Part shown: in pieces, positions 7,755-15,606 of the stretch | Layout: each line of letters begins with the position of its first letter | Position numbering within the stretch: the stretch's first letter is position 1 | Source: a virus | Taxonomy: Duplodnaviria > Caudoviricetes | Direction: 5' to 3' (one strand) | IMG/VR virus record: IMGVR_UViG_3300044677_000023 | Location: 1-40,782 of that record | Length of the DNA stretch: 40,782 nucleotides | Program-made: the position numbers and the translations under genes | Notes under the pieces: generated by a model | Database searches by the model: none | The model's input: only the letters and a program-made list of their open reading frames with translations | Told to the model about the DNA's origin: nothing

Positions 7755-8157
7755 CGAGAACCGCCCGATATGGTGTGTATGCTTCTGCGATCGTGACGAG
7801 CGCGAAGAAAATCGCCATAGGCGAGGGGAACCCTTGATCCCTTGAGATTCGGTACATCGCCAGCGTGAACGATGCCCATATGACCATGCGAACGATGGAC
7901 GCGAGAGAGCGGACATGCGGGCCGATCTTGAGCGAGCGGCCATTGACGACAAGCGCGACGGCGCCGACCAGCCCAACGAACAGGAACAGCAACGCCGTCT
8001 GGATGGCGCCTATGTTTCCGATCAGCACTTGCAAAATGCTGCCATGGGAACTGTTCGGCCATGTCAGTATCGTTGCCCCTTGCAAGATAAGGTACGCGCT
8101 GCCCAGCCATTCCAGCCGGCGCGCGTCCAGATAATTGGTGATCGGTCGTGAAGGCAT
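7735..8157 (-). CDS. Four-TM membrane protein (lysis cassette)
   Basis: Four hydrophobic segments in 140 aa. Confidence 0.75.
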   Translation of the reverse strand: MPSRPITNYLDARRLEWLGSAYLILQGATILTWPNSSHGSILQVLIGNIGAIQTALLFLFVGLVGAVALVVNGRSLKIGPHVRSLASIVRMVIWASFTLAMYRISRDQGFPSPMAIFFALVTIAEAYTPYRAVLDVRPGS

Positions 8158-8163
8158 CGCGAT

Positions 8164-8673
8164 TTAACCTGGTTGCGGAAACGCCGGCCGCACCGACGCC
8201 TGCGCGATCGTCGCCTGCACTTTGGTTACCGTGTTCGCCTTGGCACTCTTTTCCACCGGGCGAAGCCCGAAGATCGCCAGCGGAATGCCGAACGCGAGAT
8301 AGTCGAACGGAAACGGCAAGGGCGACATTACGATCCCGACAAACTTCGCCACAGCGGGCATCGTGCCCTGCAGGACGACACAGAACCAATAGAACCACGC
8401 CGGCGCGGCATAGGCCGGTCTAATCCATGACGTCCGCTTGTCCTGCCGATCGGCAAGGTTTTGCGTCGCCTGGAGCTCTGCGAATCGGCTGTCTGTCTTG
8501 AAGCCTTCGACCGTGATCTGCGTCGCGGCGGTAACGTCCATGCCGTGCTGATCGGTCAGGGCCTTTTGTTTGGCGGCCCAGCCGTCCGCCAGCGAGCCGG
8601 TGATAGAGCCGATCTGGCCCAGCGCCACCTTGGCGCCGGTGCCCATCAGCCATGCGAGAAATCCGGCGCCCAT
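8164..8673 (-). CDS. Putative holin (resembles the 3TM GTA-release holin family)
   Basis: Amphipathic N-terminus, WIRP motif before two TM segments, ending in FGLRPVEK. Confidence 0.6.
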   Translation of the reverse strand: MGAGFLAWLMGTGAKVALGQIGSITGSLADGWAAKQKALTDQHGMDVTAATQITVEGFKTDSRFAELQATQNLADRQDKRTSWIRPAYAAPAWFYWFCVVLQGTMPAVAKFVGIVMSPLPFPFDYLAFGIPLAIFGLRPVEKSAKANTVTKVQATIAQASVRPAFPQPG

Positions 8674-9315
8674 CTAACTGGCCTTTCGTTTCTTCGAGGC
8701 CTTCTTCTTCCGGTTGCTCTTGACCGGCCGCCGAGCGCGCCGAGCGCGCGCCATCGGTGCGGGTTGCGGTTCGGCCGCCACCTGGACCGCGGGAATGGGC
8801 GCAGGGCCGGGCAAAGGCGCGCGCGGGTCGACGATCGCTGCCAAGGCAGGCGACGGTGTATCGCCTTGGACGTTGTTGCTATTGCCTGCCGTCTGCACGG
8901 CAAGCGCCGGATCAATCGTGTTCGGCGGCGTCGTGGTGTGGTTCCGCAGATAATCGGTCAGGCGGCCCAGCCCGAGGAATACCAGCGGCGAATACTGCGC
9001 GGGTGACAGGGCTGATCCGGCTTCTGCCCATGGCAGAGGTATCGATGGCAGGACGCCGGTCAGGTCGATTCCGCCGCCCGGCTGCAACCATTCGCCGATC
9101 GCATTAATGGTCGGCAAGGCGACGCCGAGCCCGTCCATAAAGCGGGCGAGCATTTTCGTCCGGAGCCCCTTGAACAGCACAAGCACCTTTGTGCCGAACG
9201 ATGCGTCCTGCAGTTCCGGCGCGTGCTGGAGATAGTCGCGCCAGCGCACATAGGCCGGGCGCAAAATCCAGAAGCCGACCAGGACGGCCGCAAGCGCAGC
9301 GATAGCGTAAATCAT
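8674..9315 (-). CDS. Membrane protein with Pro/Ala linker and basic tail
   Basis: N-terminal TM, KGLRTK motif, ends RRPVKSNRKKKASKKRKAS. Confidence 0.7.
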   Translation of the reverse strand: MIYAIAALAAVLVGFWILRPAYVRWRDYLQHAPELQDASFGTKVLVLFKGLRTKMLARFMDGLGVALPTINAIGEWLQPGGGIDLTGVLPSIPLPWAEAGSALSPAQYSPLVFLGLGRLTDYLRNHTTTPPNTIDPALAVQTAGNSNNVQGDTPSPALAAIVDPRAPLPGPAPIPAVQVAAEPQPAPMARARRARRPVKSNRKKKASKKRKAS

Positions 9316-9339
9316 GATGACACCTTTTCAGTTGATCGA

Positions 9340-10878
9340 TCAGCGGCGACGCGCCGCATGTTTTTTGACGGGCCGCCGCTTCGCAGCGCGCGGCACGGAT
9401 CGCTTGCGCGGTGCGCGGCGTGCCGTCGGGGCGGGTTGCGCGGCGGGCGCTGGCGGGTTCGCCTGCCCCGTCCAGATTGAGACCGCGGTCGGCAGGCCGG
9501 GATTGCCTGCCACGGTTGCCGGCGCCGGCACCACGGCGGCCTTTGCGGCGGCGCTGCGCGCCTTCCACCACGGCACCACGAAATGCCAGACGGTATAGAG
9601 AACGGCGACCAGCAGGACGACGCCGACGCCGAGCTGCAGCCACTCGGACATGCCCCAACCCGCCTTGGCACCGTGAACTACGGCACCGCCGCCAGCACCG
9701 GCAACGATGATCTTTGCCGCGTCGGTGATATTGGTCTGGCTTTTTGTCGGGGTTTCGGCCGCGAATTTCTTCGCCTCCGCAAGCGCCTTGTTCCAGCGGT
9801 TGATAAGGCCCTGACGGAGATTCGGGCGGCCGGGCGCCACCTGGTCCTCGTAATGCTCACGCGCGGCGCGCAGCTGATCGAGCAATGCGCCCGGCGCTGC
9901 CTTCGACAATGCTTCGCGCGTATCGGTCCCGACCGAACCGTCCACCGGGACGCCGAGCGCAATCTGCAGGATCTTCGCCGCGCCACCTGGTCCGCGGTTA
10001 AAGCAGCAATCCCGCAAGTAAAACTCAACGCCGGCGTTCGTTGTCCAGCCCGCCGCAACGTCGGTATATTTCACCATGTAGTCGATCGCGGTCGCCTCCG
10101 CTTCGTCGAAGCGGCCCGCCTGGATCAGCGTTCGCAGCTGGCTTGCCTGTTCCGGGTGGTATCGGTCGTTGATCCCGGCGACTTCGTAAGTCCCGCCGCC
10201 GTCGTTCGCCGGCAATTTGTAAACCGCCAGATGGCCCTGCGCGTCGCGCCGAGCCTCGAATGACAAGATCACACGACCCATGCGGGTACGCCGGTCCGTC
10301 GTGTCGGAGGGCTTGGCTGTACCCGCTGCGATCGGAGGTGCTGATTCCACCGGACTTGCGCCGATGATCGGCGGCATGGATTGCGGCTTGCGGCCGCCGT
10401 TGTCGACGAATTCGAAATGCATCCAGTCCGGCCGGTTCTTGTACCAGCCGCCCCACATGGCGCCCTGCCGGCAGAAGGCGTCGACAATGAACTGCGGCAT
10501 GTTGCCGATCTTGCCGAGCGCGTTCTGCCCGGCGTTCAAATCGATCGCCGCGGCATAGGCGTGGTTCGACCACTTCGTTGTCGACCCGCGCACATAGCGG
10601 TGAGCGTAAGCGCCGAAATACTTTGAAGCGCCGGCCGCGTCGATCTTCGATTGATCGCGCCCGCAGTAATCCCAAATCTCGTTCAAGGCCGCGAGCAAGA
10701 ACGGAGCGGCCTTGCGGTGGAACATGATCTTTTTGACGGGCGAAACCTTGCCGGCGTCGTCCGTGTAGTACATCGCGAACGGAGGAATCACGGGCACCAT
10801 CTGCGCCGGGATTTGCCCCGCGCCCGGATCGCCATAAAAGGCATTCCGGGCGGCCTGGTTATCCTGAGGCCACATCAT
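9340..10878 (-). CDS. Modular endolysin: M15-type peptidase + GH108-like muramidase + C-terminal TM
   Basis: SNHAYAAAIDLN and DWMHFE (M15 Zn motifs); NDGGGTYEVAGIN, FNRGPGGAAKILQIALG..DGSVG and GLINRW (GH108/PG-binding-3-like). Start MMWPQ at 10878 by ATGA overlap. Confidence 0.85.
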   Translation of the reverse strand: MMWPQDNQAARNAFYGDPGAGQIPAQMVPVIPPFAMYYTDDAGKVSPVKKIMFHRKAAPFLLAALNEIWDYCGRDQSKIDAAGASKYFGAYAHRYVRGSTTKWSNHAYAAAIDLNAGQNALGKIGNMPQFIVDAFCRQGAMWGGWYKNRPDWMHFEFVDNGGRKPQSMPPIIGASPVESAPPIAAGTAKPSDTTDRRTRMGRVILSFEARRDAQGHLAVYKLPANDGGGTYEVAGINDRYHPEQASQLRTLIQAGRFDEAEATAIDYMVKYTDVAAGWTTNAGVEFYLRDCCFNRGPGGAAKILQIALGVPVDGSVGTDTREALSKAAPGALLDQLRAAREHYEDQVAPGRPNLRQGLINRWNKALAEAKKFAAETPTKSQTNITDAAKIIVAGAGGGAVVHGAKAGWGMSEWLQLGVGVVLLVAVLYTVWHFVVPWWKARSAAAKAAVVPAPATVAGNPGLPTAVSIWTGQANPPAPAAQPAPTARRAPRKRSVPRAAKRRPVKKHAARRR

Positions 10879-11585
10879 GACTTGCGCTCGTGATGCGGCT
10901 TGCGAAATTCCGAGCGATGGCCGCGGCGGTCCTCGTTGGCGAAACGTTTCTCTTTCGCCTTCGAGCCGAACACCTCTTTGACCTTGCCCCCGGCCATCAC
11001 GATCATGTAGCCGCCCTTGGTCATGCTGAACGGCTTGGTCAGCTTGCCGAGGTGGTCGAACTTCGTTCCCTTCGGATGCTTGAAGGGTTCGAACCATGAC
11101 GGGTGGACGAAATTCGACATGGTGACACCGTTCACCAGGAACGTATCTTCCTCGACGGGATCGCTCATTTCATAGGCGTACATCTTGCCGTCAGTGTTCT
11201 GCGCCCACAGATTCGCCAGCGGGTCGATCACCATTTCGAACAGCTCATGACAGGCCGTCACGCTGACCAGTTGCTTGTCGTCCAGCGTCGTCTTGACGAA
11301 CACCTTTGAAATCGGTTGCCCGTCTTTCGTCAGATCGTGATACCCGAGCGCGCCGGCTTCGTCGGCAGTGTCGAGATAATAGAACTGCCATTCCCCGGGC
11401 TTGGGCTTGTCCGTGTTGTAGAGCGTGACGGGATAGCCCCACACCGGCAGGAAGAATTGATCGTAACAAGCCTGCAGCGCAGTAGTCAGTTTGTCGAAGG
11501 GCACGCCGAGCGGAACGGTTGCCTGGTTGACGCAGGCAATGCGCACGGCACCGCCCTGCCCGGCTTGGGCAGCGAGTTTGGTCAT
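10875..11585 (-). CDS. Hypothetical zincin-like protein (HExxE)
   Basis: GALGYHD...VTACHELFEMVIDP...YEMSDPVE; GGAG SD. Confidence 0.7.
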   Translation of the reverse strand: MTKLAAQAGQGGAVRIACVNQATVPLGVPFDKLTTALQACYDQFFLPVWGYPVTLYNTDKPKPGEWQFYYLDTADEAGALGYHDLTKDGQPISKVFVKTTLDDKQLVSVTACHELFEMVIDPLANLWAQNTDGKMYAYEMSDPVEEDTFLVNGVTMSNFVHPSWFEPFKHPKGTKFDHLGKLTKPFSMTKGGYMIVMAGGKVKEVFGSKAKEKRFANEDRRGHRSEFRKPHHERKS

Positions 11586-11630
11586 TTTGGGTTTCTCCAG
11601 CTGAAGCGGCGGGAAGGCCGCGGAAAACAG

Positions 11631-14423
11631 TTAACGCACGCGCCTTGCCTCGATGGCGCCGAAGGCCGTCAAAGTGTTCACGGTGAAATTTGCATTTATT
11701 ACGAGGAAAACATTCGTTGTGCCTGACAGACTAATCCGCGTCATTGGCGTGTCCTGTGACACGCCGCTGGCATAGGATCCTCCGATCGCGCCCGATCCAC
11801 CGTAATAAACCGATGAATATTTGCCCGGCGTCGAATTATATGCGCCGCTGACGGTCGAAACGCCCGCGAAAACCGAGTTTATTTGCGTCGTCGCGGCGGG
11901 TAGAAAATACACCGTCCCCCAAACATCCCAATCGCCAGCCGCCAATGACAGGGTGACGACATTTGCGCCTGTGGCGGTGGTGAGTGAAATGGCCGCGCCG
12001 CCGGCCAAAGTGGCGCTGTTATATTCTCCAATCTTGCCCGCCGCGGCGTCGTCGTTGGTCGCGGTCGCTGCTATTTGACCGGTTACAGAGTAGCCGGTGG
12101 CCCCGATGGTGCCACCACCACCGAATGCAATCGTGCTGGCATCGGTGCCAGAGAATGTCAGCGTGTTGTTGAAGGTTAGGGTCTTGCCGGCGCCAAACGT
12201 GAGAGTGCCGGAGCCTGCGGTCCAAGTATTGCCGTTATAGCTCTTGTTGGTCAGCGCCTGCGCATCAGTCGTACCGACTATCGTGCCCGCGGGCAGCGCT
12301 TTGCCGCTGTCCTGGATCACCTTTCCGCCGGCCCCGTTGAACGTGGCGAGATTGCCGGATACGGAGGCCGCAGGGCCGATAACGGCCCCGTCGAGATTGG
12401 ACTGAACAATAACCCAATTGCCGCCGACGGCCGCTTGAGTGCCGGCCGCGGTGCCGTCCACGAAGCACAGCAGCGTATCGCCGGATTCCACGTTCGCACC
12501 GGACACGCCGCCGATCTTGCCGGCGACCGCGACCTTGTAGAACGCGCCCGCGTCGGCGGCGGGATAGTTCGGATTCGCCGAACAGTCGATCCCGCCCTTG
12601 ATCTCGACCACGTCGAGCGCCGCGACGCGCGCGGCGAGATAGGCGACAACGGCGGCCTGCGTCGGAATGCGCGTGTTGCTGTTCGCGGCAAGGGTGACGT
12701 CAGTGTCAATGACATTGGCGGCGAACATTGCCGTAGTGATGCCGCTTAGCGTGTTGTTGGCGGCGTTGAACACTTTATTGGTCAGCGTCTCCGCGCCGGC
12801 CAGCGTCGCAAAATCGTTGTCCGTCAGTGCCGCGTTGAATTGCGCGGTGGTGCCGGAAAGCGCATTGGTGCCGAGCGATATTCCCTTGTTTGCCAGCGTG
12901 TCCACCGTCGACCGGCCGACATAGGTGTCCGTTCCTTGAAATGTCAGAGCCGCATTGGTGCCCGCGGCAATCGACATAGTGCTGAGCAGCTGCACGTTGA
13001 TGCCGTTGCCCATTCCGAGCACAGCCGTCGCTCCCGCTGCATTAATGCCGACGTTGTTAAATACTTGCGCGGCGACACTTAAAAAAGTCTCGGTAAGGCC
13101 GGTTGAGTAGCGGCCGGTCGGCGGAATGATGGTGCTGAGGCCGAGACCAACCGGCACTTCGGATTTTTGAACGAGATTTAGTCCCGGCGCCGAGATCGCG
13201 ATCGGGAAAAGCCCCGTCAGGAAAGAGCAGCTATGGAAATCGAATGTCCCGCACGTCGCGTCGATATTGAACGCTTCAAGATTGGCCTTGAGCGCAACGA
13301 AGGTCAGCGTTTCAACAAGCGGGTTCACCACGCCATGCAGCTTGACGCCGTTGCGGTCCCCCATAAGGCTGTTGTTGACACGGACGCCGGTGATGCGCTG
13401 GTTCGATTGAATGTTGATCGTGTAGGCCAGCACGCCGGCGACGGAGTCGGGGTTCTGTTCCGCTTTAATCCCGGAGAACGTCAGGCCGTCGGAGGTGAAG
13501 GCGGCGGCGGTCTGTATCCACCGGAAGCCGTCCGTACCGCCTTGCCAGTTTTGCACGCCGCGGAAATGGTTGTTCGTCAGGACTTTGGCCGCGTCGGTGA
13601 CAAGGATCAGTGGATTGGTGCTGCTCCCGTCGAAGTGCCCTTCATAATTGCAATCCACAAAATCCCAACTGTCCAGCGTGATGGTGCTGTTCGGGTTTCC
13701 GTTATGCACTTGCGGCAGGTCGGCTGCAGCGGTGAGACCCCGCACGCGGCTGGTATCGCGTCCGTTCGTTCGCAGCCCGATCGAACCTACGCAGTTTGTG
13801 CCGGCAATCGGCCCGCCGCCGGTAAACAGCCCCGTGCCCGGCGGGTAGTGGCCTATCACTACGTTTTCGACTTCGCACCATGAAACGTCGATCAGGTCGA
13901 GCGCAACCTTATTGTCCGTCGAATTTGACGACCCAAGGCTGATATTCCTGATGCTGTTATTGTATTGCTGCGCGTTGGCGCCAACCTGAACGACCGTCCC
14001 CGGCCCCCCTTCGAAAATAATCCAGGTGGAGCCCGGTCCTGCCCCTTCGATATGAATGTTGCCGTAGTCGGCGAGCACGCCGGCCGTCGTCTTGTAGACA
14101 CCCGGGCCAAAAAACGCGGTGCCGCCACCTTTGGCCTTCAGCGCCGCAATCATTCTGTTTATCGCGGCGGTATTGTCGGGGACATTCCCCACAGGCGCAA
14201 TCGCCGTAGTCGGAATGCCGCCGAACATTTCCGGCGTGTAGACGTCGCGGCCCTTGAGCGCGGCTTCAAACGTGGTGGGGACGGCGCCGAGCCCGTTCGG
14301 AGTGAACGAAAGGAAATTGTCCGCCAGAATGCTCCGTACACCTGTCGGCCCGTCGAGCAAAACCGTATCCACGGACGTTCGGCTCGTGACGCGCGTTTCA
14401 TCTTTTGGGCGCTTAAGTGCCAT
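11631..14423 (-). CDS. Tailspike / tail fibre with pectin-lyase-like beta-helix (depolymerase candidate)
   Basis: PEMFGG..DNTAAIN..GGGTAFFGPGVY (Pectate_lyase_3-like cap), beta-helix-type rungs, then LTNK fibre repeats. Confidence 0.85.
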   Translation of the reverse strand: MALKRPKDETRVTSRTSVDTVLLDGPTGVRSILADNFLSFTPNGLGAVPTTFEAALKGRDVYTPEMFGGIPTTAIAPVGNVPDNTAAINRMIAALKAKGGGTAFFGPGVYKTTAGVLADYGNIHIEGAGPGSTWIIFEGGPGTVVQVGANAQQYNNSIRNISLGSSNSTDNKVALDLIDVSWCEVENVVIGHYPPGTGLFTGGGPIAGTNCVGSIGLRTNGRDTSRVRGLTAAADLPQVHNGNPNSTITLDSWDFVDCNYEGHFDGSSTNPLILVTDAAKVLTNNHFRGVQNWQGGTDGFRWIQTAAAFTSDGLTFSGIKAEQNPDSVAGVLAYTINIQSNQRITGVRVNNSLMGDRNGVKLHGVVNPLVETLTFVALKANLEAFNIDATCGTFDFHSCSFLTGLFPIAISAPGLNLVQKSEVPVGLGLSTIIPPTGRYSTGLTETFLSVAAQVFNNVGINAAGATAVLGMGNGINVQLLSTMSIAAGTNAALTFQGTDTYVGRSTVDTLANKGISLGTNALSGTTAQFNAALTDNDFATLAGAETLTNKVFNAANNTLSGITTAMFAANVIDTDVTLAANSNTRIPTQAAVVAYLAARVAALDVVEIKGGIDCSANPNYPAADAGAFYKVAVAGKIGGVSGANVESGDTLLCFVDGTAAGTQAAVGGNWVIVQSNLDGAVIGPAASVSGNLATFNGAGGKVIQDSGKALPAGTIVGTTDAQALTNKSYNGNTWTAGSGTLTFGAGKTLTFNNTLTFSGTDASTIAFGGGGTIGATGYSVTGQIAATATNDDAAAGKIGEYNSATLAGGAAISLTTATGANVVTLSLAAGDWDVWGTVYFLPAATTQINSVFAGVSTVSGAYNSTPGKYSSVYYGGSGAIGGSYASGVSQDTPMTRISLSGTTNVFLVINANFTVNTLTAFGAIEARRVR

Positions 14424-14428
14424 TGTGT

Positions 14429-15343
14429 TTATGCTCCAGCAAACAGGGCAAAGTTGGTGATGAGGACGGGCGCAACGTTCTGATGAGGAATGTTGCCGGT
14501 GTTGTTTGAGGTGACGGCCGCGGTGCCGATGCCGATCGTCCCGGTCGACGTGATGGTGTTTTTCGTCAGGTTGTCGAACTGTCCGGAGCCGACGGCCGAT
14601 GTGAAATTGTCGGAAACTCCACCGCGCAGAACGTCGGCGACGGTCGACGCCACGCTGACCGCGACGCCCGCGGTATTTGCGGACGTGATGCCGGTCGGCA
14701 GGTTGGCAAGCGCCAGCGCGATTGCTTCGGAGCCACCTGCGCCGCCCAGCGTAGTGGTCGGAAAACCGCTGCTGGCAACGGTCAACCGGCCGGCTGCAGC
14801 GCCGCCCATATTGTCAAGGGCCGCGAGTCCGCGTCCGCGCAGATCGGCGATTCCGAACGTCGTCGAACCGTCGCCGTTATTGTAGAACGTACTTCCGGCC
14901 GCGATCTCGACTTGCGCCACCGCCCAAAGGTCGGCGAAAGTGACGCGGCTCAAGGTCTGCCCGAATGGCAGAACGCTCAACGGCGGCGGCGCGATCCGCG
15001 ACCAGGGGATCAGTTCGCCGATATAGCGCGATGATTTGAGAATACCGGAGCCGGTAAATTCCGCGATCTGCACGCCGTTGATCGACACGCCGATGCCGTT
15101 CGCGGTTTTGAAAAACCCGAAGTTTTCCGAGCCGTCGAAAGTAAGGCCCGGCGTTGCAACACTGCCGGCATAAGCCTGCAGCGGGCCGGTCATCGGCGCG
15201 TTGCCGTTCTTCGATAACCGCGCGGAAAGAGCCGCCGCGATATCTTCGAAAATCGGGTTGTGCTGGCTTGGCGTAATCCTCGCCCCGGGCGTTGCGAGAT
15301 AGCCCGCCGGTAGCGAATACACGCCGTTTGCGTCTGATGGCAT
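14429..15343 (-). CDS. Tail fibre protein with tail-collar domain
   Basis: MPSDANGVYSLP head; IGELIPW...GQTLSRVTFADLW...GDGSTTFGIADLRGR...PHQNV. Confidence 0.85.
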   Translation of the reverse strand: MPSDANGVYSLPAGYLATPGARITPSQHNPIFEDIAAALSARLSKNGNAPMTGPLQAYAGSVATPGLTFDGSENFGFFKTANGIGVSINGVQIAEFTGSGILKSSRYIGELIPWSRIAPPPLSVLPFGQTLSRVTFADLWAVAQVEIAAGSTFYNNGDGSTTFGIADLRGRGLAALDNMGGAAAGRLTVASSGFPTTTLGGAGGSEAIALALANLPTGITSANTAGVAVSVASTVADVLRGGVSDNFTSAVGSGQFDNLTKNTITSTGTIGIGTAAVTSNNTGNIPHQNVAPVLITNFALFAGA

Positions 15344-15360
15344 TACAGGCTTACCCCATG

Positions 15361-15392
15361 AAAAAAGGCCCCGGGGAAAAGAGGGGCCTTTT
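15361..15392. terminator. Bidirectional intrinsic terminator inside the late region
   Basis: AAAAAAGGCCCC-N10-GGGGCCTTTT. Confidence 0.75.
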
Positions 15393-15423
15393 GGAATTGC
15401 GGGAAATCGGTTAAGGGGAACGG

Positions 15424-15606
15424 ATGGTCAGGATTTTGGTCGCCGTCGCGCTGCTGCTGGCGTTCGTCACTGGAATGAAATTCGCGCTGCAGTCCGCTTT
15501 CGCCACGCTCGGCTTTTGGCCGGGGATGGCGATTTGTCTTGTCGTCGGTTGTTCCGCTATTGCTGCTGCGTTTGCCTACGATCGCGCATCATCGCGTTCG
15601 CAATGA
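15424..15606 (+). CDS. Small two-TM protein on the opposite strand (moron)
   Basis: 60 aa, two hydrophobic helices, purine-rich SD; convergent with the ejection gene. Confidence 0.7.
   Translation: MVRILVAVALLLAFVTGMKFALQSAFATLGFWPGMAICLVVGCSAIAAAFAYDRASSRSQ

Noticed and set aside
10879-11097. N-terminal extension of the 585-aa endolysin ORF
   Set aside because: Overlaps the upstream gene in another frame; the ATGA-coupled start at 10878 is more plausible.
11631-15343. Diversity-generating retroelement or invertible tail cassette
   Set aside because: No reverse transcriptase, invertase or template/variable repeat pair seen by eye.
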